Below are positions 12,306 through 25,300 of a DNA stretch of 64,000 nt, piece after piece; the stretch's first letter is position 1, and the number at the start of each line of letters is the position of its first letter. The stretch is taken from positions 186,001-250,000 of the forward strand of contig JAAOMT010000694.1 in the NCBI GenBank assembly GCA_016748015.1. The letters are read 5' to 3'. A model generated the notes under the pieces. That model did not search any database. It worked only from the letters and a program-made list of their open reading frames with translations, and was not told the DNA's origin. The DNA is from Geosiphon pyriformis uo1. Lineage: Eukaryota > Fungi > Glomeromycota. The translations under genes and the position numbers were made by a program.

Positions 12306-15300
12306 TTTGGTGCTCCTTGTGAGGTATAATCCTATAAAGAACCAGCACCAACAACAATCATCCAAAAGTAGTAGAATCAGAAATTATAAGAGCAAACTAT
12401 TTAGAATTTGCCAAATTCTTGTTTCAACAGTATAGCCAACAATTAAAATTAAACAACAACCATTTTCCAGTGGAATCAGTTTTCAACTTTTATGTCAATG
12501 ATAAAATTACAGACTGCTTAAGAGGAACAGTTAACATTGAATCCACAAGAGAAAATTTCTATACAGAATTATTTCAATATACCAGCTTACCAAAAAACCA
12601 CAGTTTTACACCAATCATCAGGAAAATTAATCAAACTATTAAAAGATACACTCAACAACAATTTTCCATCACCTATGCAAACAAAGGCAAAAGAAGATTG
12701 CAAACACCAGTGGTAACACCCAAAAAGATACAACCACCTACTTAGAAGAAAACCAGAGTTGAATTACCAACCAATTCATCATACTATTATACATCAGGAA
12801 GTGCCATCAACATCTCTTTAGCAGACATGTCCACATTAAATGTGACATCAACTTTTGGATGATTCCTATTTCAAAGTAAACAAAGAAGAACAGAGTTATT
12901 AGAACCATATGGTGAATATTTTGAAGGATTTAAATTGCGATCACCAATGCCATTAAGATTTTGATCACCACCACTCCCATCAAACTTTGGAATAACTGAT
13001 TCATGAGAAGTAACAAAATCAGAAAAAAAGGAAGAAGAAAATGAGGATCAGAAATTTACTTACCAAAACCCAATTTTAGAAAATCTGAAAGTCAAAACTC
13101 TAAACATTCAAACCCAGCAAACTCGAAACAATCCAAACTCTAAAACAATTAATCAACAAAACTTATCTCCAGTAATTGTCATCAATCAGCCACCAATTGA
13201 ACCAATTATCAAACTAATTCAATAGCAGCCACTTCAGCAACCTATTCAACAACCACCATCACTACAACAACCAATTGCACAAATGGCATATGCACCTATC
13301 GCAAAGCTAGAAAAATTTTCTGGTAAAGAGGATGATACCATTATTGCCAATAACTGGGATGATGTTAGAGCCCTTCAAGCAATCCTCTTTCTTTAGGATG
13401 CCACCAACTTATGGTATTATAACCTAGCTCAAAAACCCCAAACATTTGATGCATTTAAATTGGAATTTTTAAGATACTTTAGTAACAGTAACAGCATTAA
13501 CCACTTAGCCAATATTTTTATTACCATTAACCAAGAAAAAACTGAAGCAGTCACTACTTACTTAGGATGCTTCCACAAAAATCTGTGCCAAATTCAGGCA
13601 ATACAGATCAATTATTTTACAGCACCACAAATTCTAAACCAATTCATTAGAAACCTGTGCAGTAGTATCTTCCAACGCATATATTTTTTGCATCCAGCAG
13701 ACTTTCAAGCCATTGTTACAAATGCCAGAGATTTTGAAGCAGCTAAACTCGAAGCCAACCATGCCCAAGTTGTAAATTTAGTAATGAATGGATCATCTAA
13801 ATTGGATTCCAAATTGAAACAATTTAGTGATTCAATTAATTAGAAACTAAAAGAATACTTAGCTGACAATTGAGCAATTTATCAGTCTCCACAACAATAT
13901 AATAATTCAGGAAACATGAATCATTTCTGAAATCAGTCGTATCTCTCATCATCATCATCCAATTAGCCATGGCAGCAAGAAACATGTAGTTGCTACAATT
14001 GTGGTAAACAAGGTCACATTAGAGCTAGCTGCCAAGTTTATAGCGATAATCTATGATTAAAAAATTAAAATTGAAACTCCAATTGCAGATTTCAAACTCC
14101 AAACCACTACTCAAATCAAGATTACTATCAACCACACTATATTCAAATAGCACAACAACCAATCTACCAAACCTCAGCACCAGTTATCTACCAGCCACAG
14201 CCACAAATAATATATTAGTCACAACAAATTCAAACTCCACCACACAATCCAACCCAAACATCATTTGGAAACCAAAGACCAAGAATCATTCAGCAAAACT
14301 GAAGATCAGTAATAGTTGTATATCAACCAATCCCCAGAAGATGCCTTGACCAACAACAACAATCTGGAAACCTCCCCGAAGCAAATAATCAATATCAACA
14401 TATCTCCAGCCATTATTACAAATAATAAATCATTAGCAGTCATTTTTTCCTTCAAAATCAAGGGACCAACTGAAACTCCTTTCTTTAGTAAAGCTGCCCT
14501 TGATATGAAATCTATCACTGCTATGTACACTGACACCAAGGTCAATAGGCAGGCCATCAAGCTGATCCTAGACAGTGGTTCAGCAGACAGCCTTATCACA
14601 TGACAATTCATGAACCAATTAAGTTGTCGAGTTGATCACACTGCCAGTGCCAGAATTATCACTGCTGATGGAGCCATCAAAACTCCAATTGGTGAAATTG
14701 ACAATTTTCCCATCAAAATCAATGGTATCATTATACTAATCAAGATTTTAGTCATGGAAGCCACCTAGTATCAAGCTCTCATTGGTAATGACTGGTTGTC
14801 TAAAACCAATGCCATGCTCGACTGGAACACCCAAGAGCTACAGCTCAGCCAAAATAGGCAGTATACTAGAGTACCAGCCACCTGTAGACACTTCAAGACC
14901 ACTACAACCACACTACTAATTGAATTTAAGAAAGAAGAGAAGAAATTTACTTGAAAAGTCTACCAAGTTTTATGGACTAACACTAATCACAATGAATTAC
15001 CACCAATACTGTCTTGGGACAACAAAGGGAAAGAAAAAGAAAAAGACAAGCCACAAAAAGATACTACCAATGAAATTACCAGTGGCTGGGGAAGTTTCTA
15101 TTCAACTGACACCAGACCAGAACCATCCTATATTTTACTCCAGTGCAAAGACTGTAGGAAAAAATTGTCCTCCATAAAAGCTTGGGTTGCACCTGATGAA
15201 GACTACTGGACATGAACCCATTACTATTACAAACCATGCTACCATGAATGCTATGACTACCTAAAACACCAAGACAAGTGGAACAATAAACCATGTTTTG

Positions 15301-18300
15301 CTTGTGGCAAACAACTGCTCAACAAAGGGATGTGGAATGACATTCCTGGTTGAGAAAGAACCTGTGACGCTGTTACCAGACGAAATTAGAGATATTATTT
15401 AGCATGAAATTATTTTTATAATTCCTATTATTAATTAGCATATATTATTATTCAAATTATCACTTATTATATTAGCAAAATGTCCGAAATTATCATTTAA
15501 TTAATAACCTAATTTGCACATAACATAAATGTAACCTAATTGTGATGATCAATTATGTAATACCCCAAACTATATAACATTCAAAAAGTTCGCCAAAATT
15601 TGTAGAAATTTGCCGAAATAATTGATAGTTCACCGAAATATCTAATAGTTCGCAGAAATAACTTGTAGTTCGCCAAAATGTATCTTTTGTTCAGTGAAAT
15701 TGTAGAAAAGAGCAAAGTTCAAGTTCATAAAATAGTGTTATGACAAGTTGTATAAAAGAAGAGCTTCTCTCTTTGAGAAAATGTATCTTACTTTAGATTT
15801 ATCACTTAGAACCACTCCTACACACACAAAAAAAAAAATATAAAATAATTCGAAAAACCAAAAACTTTTTAATTATTGCACTTGAAAAATTCTCAAAACT
15901 CAACTAACGTTTTGAAATTGATTAGCTACCAATTTCAATAAACTGTTAATGACTTCAGGCCTGGATTGAAAATGTCTCCCTTGACAGAATTCTATTTCTT
16001 TTACATTTCTTTTATTTTCTTTCTTTTATTTTTTTATTATAATCATTAGAGTAGCCTACAGACGAGATTCCTGTAGAAGAGTTGACTTTCACAGCAAAGT
16101 AACTACATATTTTTAATGAGCTTCCAGACGAGCAATTTTTGGGAAAGAGTTGACGTTTACTACAACATAACTACATAAAGCAACTGGTATGGAATTGGTC
16201 ATTCCATTTATAAGCCCAGCAATTCAAATTATAAGAGATAATTTGAAGATAAATTCAGTTACTGGAGGTTCAACTACTTCCTGGAAATGTGAATTCACAG
16301 CAAATCAACATTAACAACATTCGAGAAAAGAGACCAAAAACCTCCAGTAACAACACATTGTGTCAATACACAATTCTCATTAATGACTGGGTAAGTTGAG
16401 AAACCTCAATAACTGCAGTCTGACATTAAGCAATTTCTTGCCTGGATGGTTACCCACATAACAAAGGTGAGATTTAGAGAATAGCCAATGCCAAGATAGA
16501 AAATGCTTCGCCCAGTGAGATCTTAAAAATAAAAAACAATTTCTCTGAATCAGTTGAAGTTGTTCTTATTCTCAATGCCTTTTTAGATATTGAGACAGAC
16601 CTAAAGGAATTCCATAAACACTACCAAAATTTAGCACACACTCAAAAGAAACAAGAACAGTGCTTGAAAAAAATAAACACCCAATTATGTAACCACTGTT
16701 TGATCCCATGTAACTTTTAGTATTGTAATGAGTGTGATCTCATCTACAATCCAACACCACACAGGATCTACATAATCTCAGAAGAAGAAGAACCAATCAG
16801 CAGCTGCACATCAAAATTGGATTCAACTTTTAATTCCAATTCAAACCCTGATGACAATAACAACAATGGTTCCAGCTCCATTCAAAATGGCAACAGCAAT
16901 AACAATGGTGATTTAAACTCAGATTCAGACTCCGAACAGTACATCTCACTTTTTGATCTTTCCAAGAAGCAAGAACTCAGATAGTTTAGTAACAACGATG
17001 AAGGTATTATGCCAGAATGTGCACATAATATTGATGCAGGGTTTGATCTGAGATATCTGGAAAAAGATATTATCAAATTGAAACCATATTTATGCATCTG
17101 CATTAATCTTAAAGTTGTATTGGAGCATCAGAGGAGGAATAATTGATGCTGGATATATGGGAAATATCATTGCTATGCTACAAAATGACTCAGAAAAGGC
17201 CTATATTATAGAACCAAACGAAAAAATAGCACAAGCAATATTCCTGCCTCTGGTTAAAATAGCTTAATTAGTATCAGTAGAAAACAGGGAAGAATTAAGA
17301 ATTACAGCTAGAGAGATACAAAAATTCGAATCAATGAGTAGAATAAATATACCAGTCAATATGGCAGAAGAAGAAGTTATTGACAAGGAAGAAATTATAT
17401 CCACCTGTCAATTAATTTCCATTCCACCATATGACCAGTACATGTTAACTATAAAAAAAAAAGTGAAAGATCAAGCACAAATTTTTGAAGTGAAACCAAC
17501 TATTTGCAAATCAAGAGAAATTGGACTTACCAATCTCTACATACTAGCCAAAAACAAGAACCATATCAAAATTTTTATCTACAACACAACAGGAAACATC
17601 ATAGAAATACCAAAAGAAACCACTATCAGGTATTTAAGCACTGAAGTTGAAGAACAGATACCAAACCCCATTCCAGATTTCCCACAGCTTTGTGGATATG
17701 TGGATATCACATCACAAACAATTTATGGATGGAATAAATATTATCTGCTCCAACCAAAACAATTGGAACAAATGAACATAAGAAACTTAGACCCACTTTA
17801 ACATATGCAGCTTAAGATATTACTCAACAACTTTAATGACATTTTTGCCAGCAAAAATGAATTTGGCTATACTGACATCATCCAGCATCAGATCAAGACT
17901 GGAGATGTGATGCCAATAAAACAACAAGCATACAGAATACCACCAGCCAGCCATGAAATTATTTGTTAAGAAATCAATTGGATGTTTGACAATGAGCTAA
18001 TTCAGCCATTAATAAGCCCATAATCATTACCAGTAGTACTAATCCATAAGAAAAATGGGAAAATCTGCTTTTGTGTAGATTACAGAAAACTGAATAGAGT
18101 AACAAAAGAAGATAACTACCCGACTCCAAAGATTCAAGAACTGTTTGATGCTTTTGGAGGAAAGCAATGGTTCTCAACTTTGAACTTAGACAGTGGTTAC
18201 TGGCAAGTAACCATGAAACTGGAAGATAAAGAGAAAATGGCTTTTACAATGCAAGAAGAGAATTTTGAATTTAAAGTAATGCTATTTGGTTTGATGAATG

Positions 18301-19172
18301 CACCAGCCACCTTCCAATAACTAATGGAAATTGTTTACACCAGACTACTATAGAAATCAGTAATTGTTTACTTAGATAACACAAATGTGTTCTCCAAGAC
18401 ATTCAACAATCATTTGCATTATCTCCAACAAATGTTTGAAAGACTAAGAAGAGCCAGATTAAAATTAAATGCAACCAAGTGTTTCTTTAAAAAAACTGAA
18501 TTCAAGTTTTTGGAACATGTTGTAAGCAAAGACAGTATCAAAACAGATTCAGACAATATTAAGGTAATCAAGAACTTTTTAATACCAACCAACTTGACAG
18601 AACTAAGAGCATTCTTGGGATTTGCTGGATACTATTGCTACTTTATCTAAGACTTTTTTAAACTGGTCCAGTTATTACATCAGCTCCAATCAAAAAACAT
18701 CAAGTATGAATAGACAGAAAACTAGCAAAAAGCTTTCGACATATTAAGAAGAAAGCTTATTTAAGCTCTAGTATTGATGTATCTAGATTACAGCAAACCA
18801 TTTATCATCATCACCAATGCATCAGGCCAAGCATTAGGAGCAGTACTATCACAGAAAAGACCAGATGGAAGAGAACATCCAGTAATATATGCTAGCCGAA
18901 GTTTGAGTCTAGCTAAAAAGAACTATGGAACACTAGCATTAGAACACTTAGCAATCTATTGAGCAGTCATGAAATGGAAAAAATACTTAAGTCAGAAGTT
19001 CAACATATACACTGATCATAAAGGATTGATTTCAATCTAAGAGCAAAAATTTGGAGATGATCATTATGCTCGATAGAAAATAGAACTTTCACTATTTAAA
19101 TATACTATACACTACAAAAAAGAAAAAAAAAAAGAAAATGCTAATGGTTTATCATGAATAAGACAAATCTAA
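12107..19172 (+). pseudogene. A gag-pol (gag with CCHC, protease, Cys-rich region, dUTPase, RT, RNase H), interrupted by solo LTR D
   Basis: CYNCGKQGHIRASC (~13990), LILDSGSADS (14565), DAGFDLRY (17033), GGIIDAGYMG (17133), RT/RH motifs 17850-19170; ends IRQI-TAA at 19170-19172. Confidence 0.88.
15371..16352 (+). mobile_element. Solo LTR, family D, inserted in A pol
   Basis: TGTTACCAG...CCAGTAACA, TSD ACGC/ACAC, TATAAAAG at 15751, ~20-bp GTTCGCCGAAAT tandem array; A pol resumes at 16357. Confidence 0.88.
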
Positions 19173-19202
19173 AGACACTTCAACCCAAAAATATAACAAA
19201 AG

Positions 19203-20567
19203 ATGAATAAACAAAAATATCAACAACTTCAACATTTTATAAATACCCAATGGTTCAAAGAGAAATTATCTCAAAAAGAACAAAACCATATCAAACAACA
19301 GTCCAAATATTTTATTACTCACCAAAATATACTTTATCAGAAAAACAGAAAGAATCCAGATCAACCAACCAGAGTAATCACAGAACCAGAAAAAGAAACA
19401 ATATTATTTAACATGCACTCCAATCCAACAGCAGGACATTTTTACAAAGAAGCAACCATAGAAAGAACCAAAAATAGATACTATTGGCCATCCATGTACT
19501 CAGACATTATCCAATACATACAAAATTGTGATGTTTGTCAGAGAAAAGGAGAAACAAAACCTAGTGAGCCATTAAAACCAATCAAAGTAAGACAACTATT
19601 CGAGCAGATTGGAATTGACTTAGTTGAATCATTAACAATAACTAACAGAGAGAACAGATACATTGCAGTAGTCATGAATTATCTCACTAAATGGCCAGAA
19701 GCAAAAGCAATTCAAAGAGCAGATGCAGAATCCATTGCCAAATTTGTCCATCAAGATCTGATTTGTCAACACAGATGTCCAAAAGAATTATTATCTGACC
19801 AAGGAACTTACTTTGTGAATAGAACATTAACAGAACTAAGTCAAAGATTCGAAATGAAGAGACTATTATTATTACCATATTATCCACAAACCAATGAATT
19901 AGTCAAAAGATTTAATAGAACATTGTGCAAAGCAATAGCCAAGATCAGCCAAGAAAACCAGAACAAATAAGATTTATTCATACCATCAGTATTATTTGTT
20001 TATTAGATGATAAAGCAAGATACTACACAAGCAACACCATTTGAATTAGTATATAGTAGAACAGCAATATTACCAGTTGAGATAGAAATCAATACATATC
20101 CGATAGAACCAATAACAGAAGACAATTTCCAAGAAACATTGCTGAGAAGAACATATAATGTAATGGAAATGCTAGAAAACAAATGGTAAAGAGCAGCTGA
20201 TAACATTCAAAAATCACAAAAAAAACAAAAAAAAAGGCATGATAACCAACTACCAAATAAACCAGTCAAATTTAGGATTGGAGACAAAGTACTGTTATAT
20301 CATACCAAAGCAGAAAAACAGTGGAATAGAAAGTTTGATCCAAAATGAGACAAACCATTTTATATACACAAAATTTTAGAAAATGGATCTTATAAGTTAT
20401 GATTAGAAAACAGAATTCTGAAAAGGACAGCACATGGAAATCATTTAAAAATTTATCAAACACAAGGATCAACATCAGTGGAACCACAACTAAGAACACA
20501 AATTCCATTAATCAGACTAGAAGATATACCATGAGATATAAAACCAATAATAATCATTAAGATATAG
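19203..20567 (+). pseudogene. A integrase (separate ORF with its own ATG)
   Basis: ORF 19203-19970 MNKQKY...MHSNPTAGHF..YYWPSMY..CDVCQR..IGIDLV..LSDQGT..PQTNELVKRFNRTL; continuation to ~20567. Confidence 0.88.
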
Positions 20568-20647
20568 CTACACATGTGCTGAAATCTAGATATTACATGC
20601 ATATAAGCCTTGAGACCGCAAAGAAGAGAACAATAAAAATTTCAAAC

Positions 20648-21418
20648 ATGGACTTTTTAGACAAAATTTTAAAATTATCTAAACAATTATTTAACAAAAT
20701 TCAAAAATCTACATCTCAAATAGAAATTATAATTGATAAAAAAGAGATAAGATATAGAAATAAGAGGAAGAGAGAGATGGATGAAAGTTCAACTAGAACT
20801 AACTATTCTTATCCCTACACTCTATCCAGGAAAAAAATTTTACAAAAAGGAATTAAATATACTTCTTGAGCAAGACATGGAGAAAAAGGAGGGGAGGAAA
20901 AAGAAAGAGTGAAAAAATTAAATAGAAAACAAAAATAATTATATACAACATACTTGGCTCTTAAGCTAGAAAAAATTAAAAAATTTTTAACTTGTGGGAC
21001 TAAACTCCCCAAAACAGGGGAGTGAACACCAGACAACACCCAAAAGTAGAAAGAAAGACTCCCACCAATATATTGGTTTTTCAAAATCAGAGAACAACTA
21101 GACTTAAAAAACTCATATGGAGATTACAACCAAAAAACTTTCAACAAAGAAGCAATATGACAAGTAGAAGAATTCGTAGGAAGGAACAACTTGACACTAC
21201 ACTACAAGACAGCATGTTGATTATATGTTGCTTTTTGACATTGTCCAAACATACTATTGGATAGATCTTTGAAAAAAATAACAATCAACAACATAGAATA
21301 AATGACCAATCAACAGTTCAAAAATCTACAAAAAGCCATAGTCAACATAATCATCGAACATTACATGAACAAAGTTCTATCAACAGACATAACTGACTTC
21401 ACAGAAGCTCACTATTAA
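20648..21418 (+). pseudogene. A ORF3 (~256 codons, unknown function)
   Basis: MDFLDKIL...; frame intact to the TAA just before the PPT, interrupted only by TGA/TAA codons explicable as C->T/G->A; homologous to B ORF3. Confidence 0.65.
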
Positions 21419-21434
21419 AAAAAGGAGGAGATAA

Positions 21435-22334
21435 TGTTACTTGAAGAAAAAAAGCCTATCAAAGAAAGAAAAAAAAATGTGATAAAACATAAAGAAACAC
21501 AGAATAGCATACAATAATATTAGATAATGCATTATAACATAGAATAACACATTATAACATAGGATAACATGTTATAATATGAGATAACATAGAATAATGT
21601 GTAATAATGTTAGATAATATGTTATAACATAGAATAATTAGTTATAACATAAAAAAAACAAAGTAATAGCTAGCAAAAACAGACAATCCAAAGCAATCCT
21701 GTAAAACCAGAAAATACACATATATAGCAGTAGCATTAAAAGCAGAAAAAAAAAAGAGAAACAAAAATTTCTTAATTATTATTTTCTAGTTAGAAACTAT
21801 AGCATTCCAAAATATCAATAAATATACTTATTCAGCATCTCAAATCCAGTTGTTTGCTATCAACTCTAAATAGTAATAGTAATTGATACTTAAAACATGC
21901 AGAAACAATAGCTCTTGATCATGGCTATTGATGGGATACTAACTTATATTGCTTTGGCTTATTGTCTTTATTTTTTTTTATCTCTTTTATTTTTGTCTTT
22001 ATTTTGTTGTATATACTAATTGATTGAGGATTAAGCACTAAGTATTAACATCAAGAATTGTCTGGTAAAAGACCCCTGCAAGTGGGTAGAATGTGTAAAA
22101 ATTACGAATTGCTTACTAGAGGATTGCTGGCCATTACACTGAGAAAAAAATTGATGGAATTGCAATTCCAGGAAGCTATGAATAAAATAATACAGGAATC
22201 TTTGTCTATTATACAAAAAACTCCAATCAAAATCTTCAGATCAAAACACCTACAGACATTACTAATGTCATCTATTAAGCACCAAATTATGAGTTTGTTA
22301 TTTGCTTTGAGACCCCAAATAATCACCTGTAACA
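21435..22334 (+). repeat. A 3' LTR
   Basis: TGTTACTTGAAG...TGTAACA. Confidence 0.92.
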
Positions 22335-22338
22335 GTGT

Positions 22339-25300
22339 GTTTGTTACTACTGTAGTAAACAAAGACATTTGAGAATTAACTATAGGTTAAAAATAAATAA
22401 CCAATGATTGGGAAATCAATATTAAAACTCTGATCACAGGTTTCAAACTCCAAATCAGAATACAAATTAAGATCAATACTTATCTTACTACACCCAAATA
22501 ACACAATAGCCAATTTATCAACCACCTGTATATTAAGCTCTAATTTATCAGCCAACAACACTCATTATTTATTAGCTGCAGCCACAACCTATCTATTAAC
22601 CACAGTTACAAGTAATATATCAGCCACAACCAATTCCAACACCACCACAAAACTTACCTTAAAACAGAATTCAAAGGCCAAGGATAACACAACAAAATTG
22701 GAGATCAGTGATAGTAGTCCATCAACTGATCTCCAGTTCTTTAACACAACCATCCAGATCTCAACAATAGAATTCAGGCACCAAGTATGCCCAAAACCTG
22801 AACTCCCAACACTATTTAAGTTTCCTAGTTGTTCCAAAAGACACTGCACCCAACAACCAAGAACCTAATCAAACCAAATCACTTACTAGCAACATACTTC
22901 CAGCCACTGTTACCAACAATAAATTACTAGTAGCAATATTCTCATTTGAACTTAAAGAACCATCATCCACATTCTTGTTCAGTGGAGCTGTGCTCAAAGA
23001 AAAACTGATTACTGCCATGTACACTAATGCTAAAGTTGATGGCCATTCTGTTAAGCTTATATTGGATAGTGGGTCAGCAGGCAGCATTATCACCTGACAA
23101 TTCATGAATCAATTAGGTCACCAAGTTGATCATGCTGCTAGTGCCAGGATCATAACAGCAGATGGAGCAACCAAAACTTTAATTGGAGAAATTAATGACT
23201 TTTTTATAGAAGTTAATAGTATCATCATACCAATTAAGGTATTGGTAATAGAAGCCACCTAGTACCAAGCACTTGTAAGTAATGACTGGTTGTTCAAGAC
23301 CAATGTGACACTTGATTAGAACATGCAGAAGCTTTAACTGAGCCAGAATGGTTAACACATATGTGTACCAGCCATGTGTGGTCACTTTAAAATGACTACC
23401 ACATCAACACCACTAATTGAGCTTAAAGAAGAAAAAGAAAAACCTACCTGGGAAGCATATCAGGTCTTATGGGCCAACAATGAGCACAACAAATTACTGC
23501 CAGTGTCTTCATGGGATGACCAAGAAAAAAGAAAACAAAGAGAGAAACCTACTTGGAATAATGATCAAATGTGGTGAACTGACAATAATCAAAACAAACT
23601 AACAACAACTTGAAAATGGAAAGAAGATAATAATAAAGGGAAAAAAAAAGAGAAAGAAGAAATTCCAATACCAATCAACACTTACTGCCTATATATGTAC
23701 CTACTACCACAGTCTTACTATTGTTAACCCAAGCTAATATGCGTCAATTGTGGTAAGAAATTGTCATCAATGGGTGCATATTGTGACAATAATAAAAAAT
23801 ACCTAATGGCCACTAAATTTTATTGTTACCCATGTGTTATAGAATGTTTTGGATGATCAAAATAACAAAAAAAATAGGACAATAAATTATGTTTTGCATG
23901 TGAAACTATTCTGCCTAACAAAAAAATGTGGAATAACATTCCTAGATATAGAAAAACATGCAATAAGATGTGTCAGTACATAATTCTAATCAATAACTGT
24001 GTATGCAAAGAAACACCAATTGAAGATGCCTAAAAACGAGCATTGTGATGATTGGAAGGATATCTACATGACAAACATGAAATATGGAGGATGGTGAGTG
24101 TGAAAGCAGAAGGCACAACAACCAATGAACTACTGAAAATCAAAAACAACCCTCTATCTCTTCCTAAACCCGAATACATACTAACTTTTGATGTCTTTGG
24201 CAACATTAAGGATGATCTGAAAAAATTCCATGAGCACTATCAATGACTGGCACCCACCAGAGAAAAACAGGAACAATGCTTAGAAGAAATAAACACCCAA
24301 TTATGTGATTACTGTTTGATCCCATGTGATTTCCAATATTGTAATGAGTATGACCTCATTTACAATCTATTACTGCACATAATCTACACAATCTCAGAAG
24401 AAAAAAAACTAATCAGCAGTTGTACAGTGGAATCAGAATCAATTTTCAATCCTGATTTAAACTTCGACAATGATAATGATAAAGATAATAGTTCCAGCTC
24501 TGTTCAAAATGACAATAAAAAGTATAATGATTTAAACCCCAAAACATATATTGTACTCTTTGATCTCACTAAGGAGCAGGAACTTAAATGGTTCAGCAAT
24601 AATAATAAAGGTATTATGTCAGAACATGTACATAATACTGATGCAGGGTTTGATCTAAGATATTCCAGAAAAGACACCATCAAATTGGAACCACATTTAT
24701 GCATCTGTATTAATCTCAAAATAGCACTAGAAATCTCAGCAACAACAATGGTTCAACTAGCATTTAGAAATAGTTTAGTGAAAAAGGGAATAAACATTAG
24801 AAGAGAAATAATTGATGCAGAATATATAAAAAACATTATTGCAATGCTACAGAATGACTCTGAAAAGACCTATATCATAGAGCCAAACAAAAAGATAACA
24901 CAGACAATATTCCTACCTCTGGTAAAAATAGTTTAGTTAATGTCAGTGGAAAACAGGGAAGAATTAAAGATTATAGCAAAAAGAATACAGGGATTTAGAT
25001 TAACAAATAGAATAAATGTACCAGTTAATATGGCAGAGAAAGAAATTATCAACAAAAAAGAAATTATCTTCACCCATCAACCAATTTCCATTCTACCATA
25101 TAACCAGTACATAGTAGTCATAGAAAGAAAAGTAAAGGATCAAGTTCAGATTTTTGAGGCAGAAGCAACACTTTGTAAATTAGAAAAGATTGGATTAGTC
25201 AATCTATACATACCAGTCAAAAACCACAGTCATATCAAAATTCTCATTTACAACAACACAGAAAATATTATCAAGATACCAGAGGAAACTATCATTAGAT

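Larger units (their letters stand above)
11549..22334 (+). mobile_element. Ty3/Gypsy element A (dUTPase-bearing), inserted in B gag
   Basis: LTRs 11549-12305 and 21435-22334, PBS TGGTGCTCCTTGTGAGG 12308-12324, PPT AAAAAAAGGAGGAG ~21417-21430; TSD ACAT/GTGT (both derivable from GCGT). Confidence 0.93.

Noticed and set aside
15586-15706. CRISPR-like repeat/spacer periodicity (also 1351-1440 and 16059-16177)
   Set aside because: Short degenerate units inside LTRs, no unique 30-nt spacers, no cas genes, eukaryotic context
20270-20567. Chromodomain at the integrase C-terminus
   Set aside because: IN ends with a GPF/SH3-like module and a short P-I-I-I-I tail; no Y-L-V-K-W chromodomain motif
22410-22416. 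GGGAAAT slippery site as the gag-pol frameshift of B
   Set aside because: The equivalent site in A is too decayed and the frames downstream are ambiguous; cannot be supported
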